From assembly GCA_964016885.1 (NCBI GenBank), contig OZ024743.1, positions 223,758,001-223,822,000 on the forward strand: a stretch of 64,000 nucleotides of DNA. Reading direction: 5' to 3'. A model generated the notes under the pieces. The model was not told where the DNA came from and made no database searches. It was given only the letters and a program-made list of their open reading frames with translations. This DNA comes from Eledone cirrhosa. Its lineage: Eukaryota. The translations under genes were made by a program, and so were the position numbers. This document shows, in pieces, positions 13,281 through 26,772 of the stretch. The stretch's first letter is position 1; every line of letters begins with the position of its first letter.

Positions 13281-15323
13281 TTATGTTTTATTAATAATAA
13301 AACAAAAATAATATTAGGCTAAAATATATTTTAGCCTAATATTATTTGTTTCTCCTCAGTAAAGAACTAACATCCATGAAAGAATTTTACATATATCTAT
13401 TATCTTTCAACAATATGATACATGTACGCTTCAGTATTGTTTCGACCATTGACCATTAATTCATAATTTAAGATTATGAATTTAGTGTACCGTGAGGTCG
13501 GAGATTGCTGCTATAGACAGCATAGTCTTTCTATGTTGGCACAGGTTAGTTGAGGGAGGAGGAGGAAACGACAATATGAATCGAAGAAGACTAGATTGAA
13601 GAGGGTGAATAGTTAGGTTTCATCCTCCTCAGTTAGTTGGTGGCGTGTCTGTGACAGTACGACATATTTGTCTTGCATATTTGTGCGTGTGTACTTTTTA
13701 TTCATTTACTAGTTTTACAGAATTAATTATATTTTAATTTACTTGGAATCTGGTCGGTTTCTTTAATTTAGGACCAACTTTCATGTACATCAAAACGGAA
13801 TATCTTTTAGTGATCAGTTGCACAGAAAATAAATGCTTTCTTTTTAATATTTTGTTAAGATATAGAAGATTGCTAGTTTGAATTTCAATATTTCTCATTA
13901 TTTTGTTTCTAATATTTGGAGAATAATTTCTCTCTAAGCTATTTTAAAAAAGTCTTCTTTTAATGTTCTCTAATGTAACATGTTATTATTTGCTTATTGA
14001 AGGGTAGTGGATTGGCAGTATCGGTGGAGCGCCAGACAACATACTTTGTGGTATATAGTTACATCCCTTTACGTTCTGTGTTCAAATCTCGCCGAGGTTG
14101 GCTTTGCCTTTGATCCCTACGGAGTCAATAAAATAAAGTACCAGTAACACACTGGGGTCGAATTAATTGACTTTTCCTTCCCTCAAAATTGCTGGCCTAG
14201 TGCCTAAATCAGAAACCAATATTTGCTTATTGGATTTGCTGTACTGGTGGGGTTTTATAGCAATTAGTTTTTTTTTCCTTTTATTGTAGTCTATGTCTGT
14301 GTAGTTCCTTCTTCTATCAGTTATATTTGTAAAGATAGTTTCTTTTCCTTTATACTGCTTATAATTCGTTATTTTTTTTAGGTGGATTGGCAGTATCGGT
14401 AGAGGGTCGGATGCCATGCTTTGCAGCATAGAGTTACGGCCCTTGCCATTCTGAGTTCATATCCCGCTGAGGTTAACTTTGCCTTTCATCCTTACAGGGT
14501 CGAAAAAATAAAGTACCAGTTATACACTGGGATAATTGCTGGCCTTGTGCCAAAAGTAGAAACAAATTTTTTTTAGCAAGTATTTTATGTGTACCGCTGT
14601 CATAATCATACACAGTGTATATAGGACTACATCATTCAATGTCTTTTTTTAACAATAGTGATTTGACAGAGATTTATCTGTTTCTATTTTTATCAGGTCC
14701 AACAATACATAGTGTGTCTTTTGGTCATTAATATTCCTCTTGACATATTATTGTTATACTTTTATTGATATTGATATAGAGTTTAATAATAATTGTTTCT
14801 ACTTTAGGCTCAAGGCCAGCAATTTTGGTGGAGAGGAAAGTCGATTAAACCGACCACGGTGCTTACTGGTACTTTATTTTATCGACCCCGTAAGGATGAA
14901 ACGCAAAGCTAACCTCGGCGGGATTTAACTTAGAACGTAAAGGGCCATGAAGCAAGATGTCCTACTCTCTTTAGATTATAATAATAATTGTTTCTATTTT
15001 TGGCACAAGGCCAGCAATTATCCCAGAGTATTACTGGTGCTTTATTCTATTGACCATGCAAGTTGATGTTATTAATACAATGGCAGAAGATTTTTTCTCT
15101 TAGATATTTAAATCTTTTAAGGCCATTTTCCCCATGCAGACACCAAGAAAGGCTTCATGTCCACCTTAGGGTCCTTTTTGAAGCAATGTTTTACGGCTGG
15201 ATATTCAACCTGGCACCAACCCATTTAGTTGCCCCTTACGAAATGCAGGAATATGATACATTTATTCTAAACCAGATACATACAGGAATAGAAATAAGAA
15301 CACAAAGAATTATTTGTACTGAC

Positions 15324-15470
15324 CTTCATTATTCATAATGCTATTGCAGTCACATATGGACCACTTAGTAATTTCGAACTGGGGCATTATGTGGACGGCT
15401 TTGATCATTTGTAGCGCTTTGTCACGGTTGTCATTCCAATGGAATTGTAGCCTTTTTTCTGTGTAAGCAA
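15324..15470 (-). CDS. Cys-loop LGIC coding exon 6 (loops B, F, start of C)
   Basis: ttacag|...|gtcagt, 147 bp. (F)AYTEKRLQFHWNDNRDKALQMIKAVHIMPQFEITKWSICDCNSIMNNE has the .PQF motif and a loop C cysteine as in GlyR/GluCl. Confidence 0.92.
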
Positions 15471-15893
15471 CTGTAACAAAAGAACACAAAATAAGAAAAA
15501 TTATTCACAGCAATGATGTACAGAATTTTGAAGAAAATATGGAATGTCTCTGGATGTATGTTAGAAGAAGGCAATCAGGCACTTGTCTGTAGGGAATGGA
15601 GTCTCCCCAGAAAATTATTTTCTAGGAGAAGAAGACATATGACTCAGTAAGACAGAATGGAATTTGTCTGACAGCAAATCTGAATGTATTTCACTGCAAG
15701 ACAATTATTTTCACATAGAATTCAGAGTGGCGCGCGCCGGAACGAATACCACAAAGCATTCTATCCGTCGTTCTAACTCCTCTACCAATTCACTACCCCT
15801 CCTCTTATTAACCTATATAACTATGTATTGCGAAGATAAATAGAACAGAAAAAAAGAATTATGATAACAAGGAAAACAATCAATTTTACTTAC

Positions 15894-15976
15894 AACTTCG
15901 TAAATGAAGGTAACAAATTTGGTGATCCATTGGGTATTTTTGAAGTTGCATAGGACATGAAGCTCTAAGAGATATT
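15894..15976 (-). CDS. Cys-loop LGIC coding exon 5 (Cys-loop)
   Basis: caacag|...|gtaagt, 83 bp. ISLRASCPMQLQKYPMDHQICYLHLRS contains the C-x13-C signature. Too short for the ORF track. Confidence 0.95.
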
Positions 15977-16639
15977 CTGTTGAAATAATAAGTTAAAAAT
16001 TACGAGAAATTAGTTTTACATATTTAGCTCTCATATTCTTATTTCCACTTTCTATGGAAATAGAGAATAAGTGACTAATCAATTATATATTTACAAAAGT
16101 AATTCTCTTTTGTCTCTTGATAATTTATCGGAAGCAATCACCTTGCATGTAAAAGTCTCAGTCAGGTCAGTTACAGATTTTTAGGTACAATACAAATAGG
16201 TAAATAGTGACATATTTCTTGTTTAAGAATTGTTTCTAGTTTTGGCACAAAGGTCAGCAATGAGGGGAAGAGGAAAGTCGATTAAATTGGCCCCAGTACA
16301 TTACTGATTCGTTATTCTATCGACCAACTCCATAAAGATGAAAAGCAAAGCTAACCTCGGTGGGATTTGAACTCAGAACGTAAAAGGCCGTAACTCTATG
16401 CCACAAAACATGTCCGCATGATCTACCGATACTGCTAATCCACTGCCCTTTACTCGCTCAACAATACAACAAAGTTTAACATATACTGCAGAATACAACC
16501 GCGTTATCCCATAACCCAGTATTCGTGATACTCAATCTAGTGGATGGTAGCTTATATCTATTTAAAAGGGTTAGTCACTGGGCCAGTTTTTTTTCCTCGT
16601 AAGATGAAGTTTTAAGTGTGATGGACCTCCGTCAGTTCC

Positions 16640-16802
16640 AGCGATGTGTGTTCCAGTTACAACTCATTTTTACCAGCTGAATGGACTGAAGCAAATGAAA
16701 TAAAGTGTCTTGCTGAAGGACAGATTATGCTGCCTAGAATCAAATGCATGACCTTATGATTATGAGCTAGACACCCTAACCACTAAGCCACGCATCTTCA
16801 CA
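16640..16802 (-). mobile_element. Second, older tRNA-derived SINE family (related copies near 19650-19885 -, 49575 +, 50240 +, 50930 +, 53135 +)
   Basis: gcgtggcttagtggttagggtg A-box head followed by ttgtgtccttgagcaagacact-like sequence. Confidence 0.55.
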
Positions 16803-17401
16803 AGAGAGATGAAGTATATTTGTTTAACGGACTGGGGTAGTTTTTGGCAAGTAAAAAGATTTCATTTAATGGAAATTCCATCAACTACAAAGAATAATTT
16901 GCAGTTGTTTTAACTAAGCATCTTCTATATCTGGACGTCTTCGGGCCCAGGAGGGTAAGCTCTCCAAATATCAGTCGTTCTCCAACAAGTTTGCAGCCGA
17001 GCTAATACCAATGGAGACTGTTGGTGTCCTTGACCCCAGGACCACCTCGCTATTCGCCACCATCGGCACAGAGTTGGCTCTCCGTAGGTGTGATCAAGTT
17101 AGTCATATGTCCAGGAACAAGTGCTTCTAAATTATCTCTCTGAATAAGCTTATATAAAACATTTAGTCCAATTATTCTTTTAATCCTTTAAGTATGGTTT
17201 TCGCCAGTAAACAATTTCATGAAACAGAATTTGCCATGATATGATTTTTTTAGATGATAAGTCTGCTCAATCAAGGACAATTCAGCAACAATAATAATAT
17301 GAACCTTAAGCTTCATTTTTCAAATTGAATATCAGGCCCACGGGCAACTACCTAGTGGTTTCATGCAAAAAGACACCTTTGACAATAAAAATGCTTAATA
17401 C

Positions 17402-17628
17402 CTGTTTCTGTAGATAATCTTTCCATTTTGGTAAAGGTGCATCATTTTGTTAGGAACAGTGACAGTGTGGAACATAGCGACTTTTTCATTGGATATATAT
17501 ATGTCAGGAACCCACAGCTCGTCCATCATCTTCACGTCTAGCTCAAGTACATCACTGTCAATCAGATTATAGAACTGAAGCCGATGATCGATCCATTCTT
17601 GTTCGACCACAATGTTGACACCAAATTC
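17402..17628 (-). CDS. Cys-loop LGIC coding exon 4 (loops D, A, E)
   Basis: ttacag|...|gtatt, 227 bp. EFGVNIVVEQEWIDHRL...LWVPDIYISNEK...NGKIIYRN(R) contains the W.D.RL and W.PD...NEK motifs. Confidence 0.95.
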
Positions 17629-17900
17629 CTGTAACACCCAGACAAATAGAAAAACAGACAGGTTCAGAAGGTGGAGAGAATAAAAGAAAGAGAAAGAGTG
17701 AATAAATTGAAATGAATTAATGAAAGAATGAATGAATGAATGAGTGAGGGAATGAATGAAAATAGTGTAAATGAAAGGCGGGGGGCGGGGGAGAGAAAAG
17801 ACTAGAAACTGAAAAGACAGGAAAAACAAAAGACAGTAAAAGAAATAAATAATAAGAGAGTATTGAAGTTTGCTTGAAGCATTGTGGAATAATAAGATAA

Positions 17901-18384
17901 ATTTTCTTTAGGTCGTTTTGGAAGCCTCAACAATGCAGATGGATAATTCTCCGGGTAACAAGATCCGGTGGTGAAGAGAGAGATGTAAGTGAATGTAGAA
18001 TGAGATGTATAGTGTGTAGGAGAGCGTAGGAAAGAGCGTAAAAAATAAAAATAACACGAGATAGAGTTACCTTGGGAGAGATTTAATTGTCCCTATATTC
18101 AAAACAACGAATAGCGGAGGACACGTATCGCACCTATCCGACAGATAAGCCCCCCCCCCTCAGTTGATGGATGTGAATCCGAAATATAGGGACAATTAAA
18201 TCTCTCCCAAGGTAACTCTATCTCGTGTTATTATTTTTATTTTTTACGCTCTTTCCTACGTTCTTCTACACACTATACATCTAATTTTACATTCACTTAC
18301 ATCTCTCTCTTCACCACCAGATCTTGTTACCCGGAGAATTACCCATCTGCATTGTTGAGGCTTCCAAAACGACCTAAAGAAAAT
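17901..18384. repeat. Inverted repeat, ~200-bp arms with ~85-bp spacer
   Basis: 17901-18098 versus 18184-18384, with several mismatches. Confidence 0.88.
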
Positions 18385-19183
18385 AAATAATAGTTTCTGA
18401 TTTAGGCACAAGACCAAAAACTCTTGGGTAGGAGAAAGCCGATTAAATCGATCTCAGTGCATTACTGGTGCTTTAATTTATCGACCCCGTAAGGATGAAA
18501 GGCAAAGCTAATCTCGGTAGAATTTGAACTCAGACCGTAAAGGACCGTAAGATGCTGCAAAGCATGGTGTCCGACGCTCCACCGATTATGCAAATCGATC
18601 GACAAAAGAAAGTGAAATAAATAAATAATAAATTAATAAATTAGGATAAAACAAGAGAAAGAAAGCTAGGTTGGAAGGGTGATGAAAAAAAAAAGAATGG
18701 AAGACAGACACATGAGTTTATTTTCTAAAATTGTTTTTTTTTAGCCAATAGATGAGAATGACTATTACTTTCGTCAAGATGCTACATATAGCAAATCATC
18801 GAAAAAGCCAGACAAGTGTACACTCGTTAATATTTAAAATCTCATCACAGTCACCATTATGAACTTCGTTTTGACACTAGTACCGTTATGAAGTTGATAA
18901 AGTTTTTTTTAGTGTTTTCTTGTTGCGTAAAATTCAGTACATACCACCACCTCCCTCTGCCACACACACAGACACACCTTTCTAATATATAGCTGTCAGT
19001 GACAACAACTTTCTGCTAGAATTATTTGCGAAATGGTAAGTCGGTATCTTGCCCCTACCTCTCTGCGTTTCACACTGTTGATAAGATGGTCAGTAGTCAA
19101 ACAGCTGCTATCTACTAACCCACATGCCTCCCTCTCTATCTATCTATCCGTTCGTCCGTCTGTCCATTCATTCCCCACCTATA

Positions 19184-19230
<47 letters not shown>

Positions 19231-20120
19231 TTTCATATACCTGTATGTAAACTCCCCATTTGTATTTGTCCCCTTCTTTTGTGTCCTTGTGGCTAATAAA
19301 GAAATTTATCTATCTATCCATCTTTTGAATGTATTACTACTACAATGTCTCCGTATAATAACAGAACTATTGAATCCCAAATCTTGAATTACCAAATACT
19401 TGAACCAAGTGAACTGCAAAGTTACATAATGGTTACAAACCTTGGTTTTTCATGCAACTGCATCATTATCAACCCAAAAGTAGAATGATTCATTTTCACT
19501 TGAAGCTAATAAAAGTATCGATTGTACACTAAGAAGTAGCAACTATACTCGAACATGTAATCAACTATATTTCAATAATTGTTTCTACTTTAGGCACAAG
19601 GCCAGCAATTACCAGTGCATTACTGGTACTTTATTTTATCGACCCCGTAAATAATGTACACTTAACGTAGTTCTCAAAAAGATTCAATGTAGCACAGTGT
19701 GTGATAAGGCTATCCTTTTGAAATACAGGTATAACCCATATTATTCCAATTTAGTGAACTGGAGAAACTGGAAATAAAGTGCCTTGCTTTCTCAAAGACA
19801 CAGCGCACCACCGAGTCAGGTAATCGAACTCACAACCATACGATGGTGAAACGAACACTCTATCCATTAAGCTACGTACCTTCACGAACGGAGTTACAAT
19901 AGAAAATTAAGACTAGAAATTGCACCTCAGAAATGGTCAGAACAAGGTAATTTCTAACCATACAGACACATCCTATCGGGACCAGATACTTCACGGGGAG
20001 ACCATAAACAGTTTAAAGGATAATGAATGAGACTATAAAAATAATGAATGTTATAATCATAGAAATAGTGCTAATAGTAATTACAAGTACAAAGATAATT
20101 AGATAACTTCTCATAATTAC

Positions 20121-20188
20121 CATTTTCATTTCATCAATCGAGTCGAAGGAATTAAAGTCCAAAGACACGTTTACTCGAGTTGGAACAT
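20121..20188 (-). CDS. Cys-loop LGIC coding exon 3
   Basis: tatcag|...|gtaatt, 68 bp. (D)VPTRVNVSLDFNSFDSIDEMKM aligns to GlyR [21 protein letters not shown] with the same exon phase. Confidence 0.93.
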
Positions 20189-20573
20189 CTGATAAAGATA
20201 AAACAGAAAAAATGCATGATATAGGAGTGTATGTGTATTTTTGTGCATAAACACGCATGCGCACTAACACAGTACACACACACACATATATATATCGACA
20301 GTCGATTGACAAGATCCCAGACCTCATTCGCTTAATGAGTGGGGCGAAGCTTGTCCAATCGGACCGAGGAAACAATGCTTCCATTGGTCTTTCCAATTGC
20401 TAAAATACTATCTGTCTGTCTGTCACAAATCCAGGTAGAATATATATATATATGTATATATATATACATTGGAATTTCGTATTTTAAAGATAAACATTTA
20501 GAAATCCGTAGTTATGCAAAAAACACCGGGTGCTATCGCCCTCTGCTGGTGTCCAGCAGAAGCAAAGGGGACA

Positions 20574-20617
20574 ATCGTCGATGCATTTCGAACTTAACTG
20601 GTGCTCGTCAGGACGAT
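20574..20617 (-). ncRNA. Minimal type I hammerhead (family B)
   Basis: ATCGTC-CTGACGA-GCACCAGTTAAGTTC-GAAA-TGCA-TC-GACGAT. Confidence 0.85.
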
Positions 20618-20909
20618 CCCTCCCACTCTTGCGACTGCTGGACTTGAAAACAGTCGAGAATATATGGTTTTCTCCTCTGTGCAAATGAGGTGATTAATCC
20701 CATTTGCATATGAAGTTGGCTCAACTTAGGAATTAGGATTTAGCTTCAGGCATAGTTGTATGTAGATATGTATAGAAATTTCGTTTCTAAAGAAATACGG
20801 TATATTTATAGATAAACATTTAGAAAGCCGTAGCTATGCAAAAAACACTGGGGGGGGGGGGGGGGGGGCTATCACCCTCTGGTGGTGTCCAGCAGAAGCA
20901 AGAGGGACA

Positions 20910-20953
20910 ATCTTCGATGCATTTCGAACTTAATTGGTTCGCATCAGGACGGT
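20910..20953 (-). ncRNA. Degenerate hammerhead (family B, A9C)
   Basis: ACCGTC-CTGATGC-GAACCAATTAAGTTC-GAAA-TGCA-TC-GAAGAT. Confidence 0.6.
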
Positions 20954-21131
20954 CCCTCCCATGAGAATCAGCAAAAAGAGTCGTAATACAAGAGATACAA
21001 ATCCTGACTTCGGTATTTAGACAAGGTGTTTAGAATGAACAGATTAATCATATATTTTTTTTTTAGTAAAATTCATCTGTCTAGGAATTGTAAGATGGCT
21101 GTAGTTGTTAATGTTGTTGTTTTTAATTTAC

Positions 21132-21202
21132 CTTTGTCGAAGTTTGGAGGCAGACGTTTATCGTAGAGTTGTTCTCGTAACATAACTTGTATCAGTAGTG
21201 AT
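21132..21202 (-). CDS. Cys-loop LGIC coding exon 2
   Basis: ttcag|...|gtaaat, 71 bp. (R)SLLIQVMLREQLYDKRLPPNFDK matches the YD.R.RP N-terminal motif of GlyR/GABA-R. Confidence 0.9.
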
Positions 21203-21267
21203 CTGAAGTAAAGATAGTTATAAAATGGCTATTAAACATAATAGGGTAGATATAGCAGTTGGATATA

Positions 21268-21350
21268 TAAGAAGAAGAAGAAGAAGAAGAAGAAGAAAAA
21301 GAAGAAGAAGAAGAAGAAGAAGAAGAAGAAGAAGAAGAAGAAGAAGAAGA
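21268..21350. repeat. (AGA)n microsatellite
   Basis: Direct reading; explains the poly-R and poly-L pseudo-ORFs. Confidence 0.97.
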
Positions 21351-21731
21351 GTGACAGCAGCAACAATAACAATAGCAACAACGAATAGATTATCTATCAT
21401 ACAACATATTTTCGTGGTGGTGTACGCGTATAGTCAATAATCGGGTAACCAGGGTTGCCCAGGAAATAACACACTGAATTAGTAAAATTGTTGAAAGAGA
21501 ATCATGGTAATTCTACTGGATAGTCACTGTTGAAACACTTAAAAACGTTCTAATGGTCGCCGTTGAAAAAGACGATAAAATAAGGGAAGTGTTTATGCAT
21601 TTATGTGAACAGACGTGAAGATATGTATGTGCACCTGTGTGATTCTGTGGCAAGAATCTTAAAATATCTTCAAGCGCTAGATGTGAAAACAGTTGTAGTG
21701 CACTTGAACATTGTACACAATCATTTTCATT

Positions 21732-22666
21732 GGTGGATTGGCAGTATCGGTAGAGGGTCGGACACCATGCTTTGCAACATAGAGTTACGCCCCTTTATGA
21801 TCTGAGTTCAAATCCTGCCGAGGTTAACTTTGCCTTTCATCCTTACAGGGTCGATAAAATAAAGTACCAGTAATACAATGGGATAATTGCTGGCCTTGTG
21901 CCAAAAGTAGAAACAATTATCATTATAAGTCCTGGAGTTGATATGATCCCTTAAATTTCTTGAAGGCGATGTCCCAGCATGATTCCAATAAAAAATATTA
22001 TGGTTCTTCTTTTTATATTTCTTACACAGTTTTACATATCACATCCTCCTATTTATTCATCCATTATTTAGCTCTATATAAAACACTTTTGAGAAATATC
22101 GAGACATGAATAATAGTAAGGATGATAATAATTGTTTCTACTTTTCGCAGAAGGCCAGAAATTATCACAGTGTATTACTGGTACTTTATTTTATCGACCC
22201 CGTAAGGATGAAAGGTAAAGTTAACCTCGGCGGGATTTGAACTCAGTCCGTAAAGGGACGTAACTGTGCTGCAAAGCATGGCGTCCGACCCTCTACCGAT
22301 ACTGCCAATCCACAATAATGATAAAAGCTATTTTTTGGTTTCATATATTTCTTACATAATTTTATAATTCTTACACAGCTTTGCATATCACATACCCCTA
22401 TTTATTCATCCATTATTTAGCTCTATATAAAACACTTTTGAGAAATATCTTGATGGGAATAATATTAATGATAATAACAATGGTTTCTGATTTAGACACA
22501 AGGCCAACAATTTTGGCAAGGGGAAAGTTGATTAAATCAACCGCAGTGCATTACTGGTACTTTATTTTGTCGACCCCGTAAGGATGAAAGGCAAAGCTAA
22601 ACTAGATGAGATTTGAACTCATAACTTAAAGGGCCGTAATTCTATGCCGCAAAGCATGTTGTCCGT
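21732..22666. mobile_element. Cluster of three SINE copies (21732-21920 +, 22127-22313 -, 22478-22666 -)
   Basis: Same family as 12861. The last two are each preceded by a duplicated ~90-bp segment (about 22015-22100 and 22365-22450). Confidence 0.85.
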
Positions 22667-23325
22667 ATCAAATCCACTATAATATGGTTATACGCATTAA
22701 TCAATGTAAAACGTTACCTAAATTAAGTACAGTAAGTTATACCTACTTGAAGACATCACACACACACACACGCGCGCGCACACACACATACACACACACA
22801 CACACACACACATACACACACACACACAAACAAACAAACAAACAAACAAACAAATATCTTGCATCTGCTGTCGCTTAAGTGGAGTTTTGCTGAATTTTTG
22901 TGACAACATTAATAAAACAACTCTAGTGTATCTAAAAGATAAAGTCAATTTGTCACAAAAGATAGATCCCCTCTGGTACAGAGCCATCCAGTGGCTTCTG
23001 GGGGTAACCCCATTGGCAGTAGGGATACCCCATTGACTTTCATAGGTGGGCCCATTTTCATTTTCATTGGGGTGCCCAGGGGGCTGTGGTCCCTTCGCCC
23101 TCCTTTAAATTCGGCGCCACACATATGTTTATATATATATATATATATGTATATATATGCAGTCTACATTAAAATAAAAATAACCCTAACCCAAGGCCTA
23201 ATCTGATAGACAGCTTACATCATTATACAGTGTAAACTAAGAATACAGTGGCCGAACCCATGTTAAGCTAGCACCCAGAAAGACAAATGCCTCCCAAGCG
23301 AAATATTCAACAGGTGATAATATAT

Positions 23326-26300
23326 GGGGGGGGGGCTTGGGCAGGGGTAGTACCCTTGATGGTTGACAGCTGCACCCTAACTGGTAGGGTGGTCAGTCAT
23401 CACCGGCCCCCACCCATCCCCTAAATCTCTCACGTGTGGCTTCAATCGCCATGCCCCGGCACACCGCTTCAGCTGGTGGACGGAACCACGTGAGGGGATG
23501 GTGTTGACACAGCACCACTAGGCGTATGAGCTTCAAAAAGGAAGCCACTGGTTAAAGCAGAAGGAAATCCTCCCTCGGCACCGGTACAGGACTGAAGGCG
23601 ACCCACACCATATTCCGTGGCCATCGGTTTGCAGTTCTACCAGAGACTACTCCACTTACTGTCTCATTACTAAATGTCAGTGGTTGGGCTTCAGGTCAGC
23701 GACCTGTTCCCGGAAAAACTCTCCTGCTACGAAAACAATTCATAGTGCATCAGATTCAAATTCCAAGCAGTCAGGAGAATGGTTGTCTCTAACCCGAGAT
23801 TGTGTGACGGGTGTCGGCGAAAGTCTCGATGAGGAAGCCGACATCCTGAGGACCAGAATTCTGTCTGCAAAAACAACCACACGTATTGGATATTGGAACA
23901 TAAGAACTCTGTACCAACCATCCAAACTTGCGCAAGTTATCGGAGAAATGGAGGCCTACAAAATTAACATCCTGGGCCTCAGCGAGGTCTGCTGGACTGA
24001 CTCTGGGAAGTTTGTCCATGAAAACAAGACCATCCTGTTCTCAGGCCGTCAGAACGGGACCCACCGAGATGGAGTTGCAATCATCATGGACAGGGCTGCC
24101 AGTGGTGCCCTTGAGGAGTGGACTCCTATCAACGAACGCCTAATGACAGCAAGATTCACCACATCACATGCAAAGGTCACCATAGCTCAGTGCTATGCTC
24201 CAACCAACGAACATAACGACGATGACAAGGACGCTTTCTACCAGCAACTACAAGATGTTGTCAACAAAACCCAACGTCATGACATCCTGATCATCATGGG
24301 AGACATGAACGCACAGATCGGGGTAAGTAGGGTTGGCTTTGAACATATCCTTGGCCCCCATGCTTATGGAAACCGCACGGACAACGGGGACAGGTTTGTC
24401 CCGTTCTGTGCCATGAACAATATGAAAATCGGCTCGTCACTATTTGACCACAAGAACATCCACAAGGTCACATGGGCTTCGAACGACCACAGGACCAAGA
24501 CGCAAATAGACCACATTGCAATTGGCCCAAGATGGAGAACTCCTTGCTTGCAGGACGTCCGAGTCTACCGAGGCGCAGATGTCTGCAGTGACCACTATCT
24601 GTCTGTTACCAAACTTAAAATCAGACTGAGGAAGCAGAAGAAGAAACCACCCACTACAAGGCGTTTTGACACTACCAAGCTGAAGAACGGTGACACAGAA
24701 GCACAGTTCGAGGCTGCTTTGAGGAACAGATTTGCTGTCCTTGAGGAGTCTGCACCAGGCTCGGTCAATTGGTGGGAGGAAATGAAGAAGACCATAGAAG
24801 CTGCAGGGGAAGAAATCCTGGGCTACAGGAAGTTCCTCAAAGAAGCTTGGGTCAGCGACAACACCTGGCAGCTTATTAATGAAAGGAAAGCCCTACACCA
24901 GCAGAGGCATGCCACTACCCCAGAGGCCATCAAAGTATATCAGCAGTATGTTGAGAAGAACAAGGAGGTGAAATGCCGCGCCCAGAAGGACAAACGAATG
25001 TGGCTTGAGAGTAAGGCAGAAGAGGCAGAAGAGGCAGAAGCCGCTGCGGCACGCAATGACATGCGCACTGTGTACCAAATTGCCAAGAAAATCACCGGCA
25101 GCTCTAGAGCTAACTCAGGCTCGGTGAAAGCGAAAGATGGTACGCTGCTTTCCAAGGGTGAAGAAAAGTTAGTCAGATGGGCTGAACATTTCAAGGAAGT
25201 CCTCAACCGACCGGAGCCACGTATGCCAGCAGACACTAAGGAACCTACTAGTTTGTTACCTATCAATACTGATGACTTCACCGAGGAGGAAGTCCGCACG
25301 GCCATCAAAACCCTTAAGAATAACAAGTCACCAGGTATGGATGGCATTTCTGCTGAAATGCTGAAGTCAGGAGGCGAAAGCATGGTCAAGTGGATGGGCC
25401 ACTTATGTAATCTTGTGTGGAACACGGGTGAAGTCCCAGAAGACTAGAGAAACGGAGCGGTTGTCTGTATCCCCAAGAAGCGCAACCTTGCCGATTGTGA
25501 CAACTGGAGGGCAGTGACACTTCTCTCCATACCAGGGAAGGTCTATTGTCTGGTGATCCTGAACCGCATGCGTGGCATGGTAGACCGGGAACTGCGAGAA
25601 CAACAGGCAGGGTTCCGACCAAAACGTTCCTGTGCAGAGCAGATCTTTACGCTACGCCGCATCATTGAGAGGTACAACGAATTCCAGAGGCCCCTCACCA
25701 TCAGCTTCATCGATTTCTCCAAAGCATTCGATAGCATTCATCGACCGTCGTTCTGGAGCATCATGCATGAGTATGGTCTGCCCCAGAAAGTCATTTCGGC
25801 AATCAAACAGATTTACGCAAACTCCAAGTGCTGAATACGGACAAAGGATGGTTACAGTGACTGGTTTGAGGTGGCTACTGGTGTGTGTCAAGGTTGCTCG
25901 CTCTCTCCAATTCTCTTTGCCATAGCCATTGACTGGGTACTAAGAAGAGCGTCTAAAGACCAGGGTATATCTTGGGTGGGAGAGCAAAAGTTGTCTGACC
26001 TGGACTTTGTGGACGATATTGCTGCACTTGCAAAGAGCACAGCTGACATGCAAATCATTGTGAACAATATCAACGTCGAAGCAGGAAGCTTAGGTCTCAA
26101 TATCAGTGCCAAGAAGATCAAAAGCATGTTATCTGGGACACACCCACCACCAACCAGTGTCTTCATTGAACAGGGAGAAGCTCCATTAACAATGAGGGCA
26201 CCATGGACAGTGAACTGCAATGTAGAATGGGAAAGGCTTCAGCAGCATTTAACCAGCTTGACAAGATCTGGAAGAGCAGGAAGTTCACCCTCAAAACAAA

Positions 26301-26772
26301 GATGAGATTCTACAACAGCAACGTGCTGTCCACACTCTTGTACGGAAGTGAAACATGGCACCTTAAGACCAGCCAAGAGAAAAAGTTGGACGCATTCGAT
26401 TCCAGATGTCTGCGAAAGATCCTGGGGATTAAATGGAGTGACCATGTAACAAACCAGGAAGTCAGGAACCGCACCAACCAGCAGCTAGTCTCTTCTACCA
26501 TCTGCAAGCGACGCCTGGGCTGGTTTGGACACACTTTGAGACTCCCCCCCCCCCCGAAGAGACTGGCGAACCAAGTACTTAAATGGAGCCCGCAGGGAAG
26601 CAGACAGAGAGGGCGACCCAAAATGAACTGGCGCCAGACAGTTGAGAGGGACCTGCGAGCGACAAACAGACAATAGCGGGACGCTGTGCAACTGGCTGCT
26701 GACCGAACGCGATGGAACACTATGATTGCCTCATGCGTCGCAAGACGCGGGAGCTTCTGAGTCTGAGTCTGA
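23326..26772 (+). mobile_element. Full-length RTE-clade LINE (APE endonuclease + RT), inactivated
   Basis: APE motifs WNIRTL, GLSEV, YAPT, MGDMNA, IDHI, SDH; RT motifs KSPGMDGI, QAGFR, FIDFSKAFD, QGCSLSP, LDFVDD. Stops at 25445 and 25832, frameshift near 26180. (GTCTGA)n tail. TSD GTGATAATATAT at 23314-23325 and 26773-26784. Confidence 0.93.

Larger units (their letters stand above)
20470..20962 (-). mobile_element. Retrozyme-like family B: 1.5 tandem ~330-bp units
   Basis: Direct repeat 20470-20625 / 20775-20962, each with an HHR (336 bp apart). Confidence 0.72.

Noticed and set aside
17629-17829. Hydrophobic N-terminal part of ORF 17395-17829 as a signal peptide
   Set aside because: Intronic pyrimidine tract; homology starts at the AG acceptor at 17628.
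20300-20362. TTGACAA...GAAG as a U3-A8 hammerhead
   Set aside because: Better explained as a simple hairpin (CGATTGACAAG/CTTGTCCAATCG); core incomplete.
15324-21202. Calling the gene a cephalopod chemotactile receptor or nAChR, or assigning a GLRA symbol
   Set aside because: Motifs (NEK, CPM...PMD, PQF) and exon phases are GlyR/GluCl-type, not nAChR-type; orthology cannot be set without a phylogeny.
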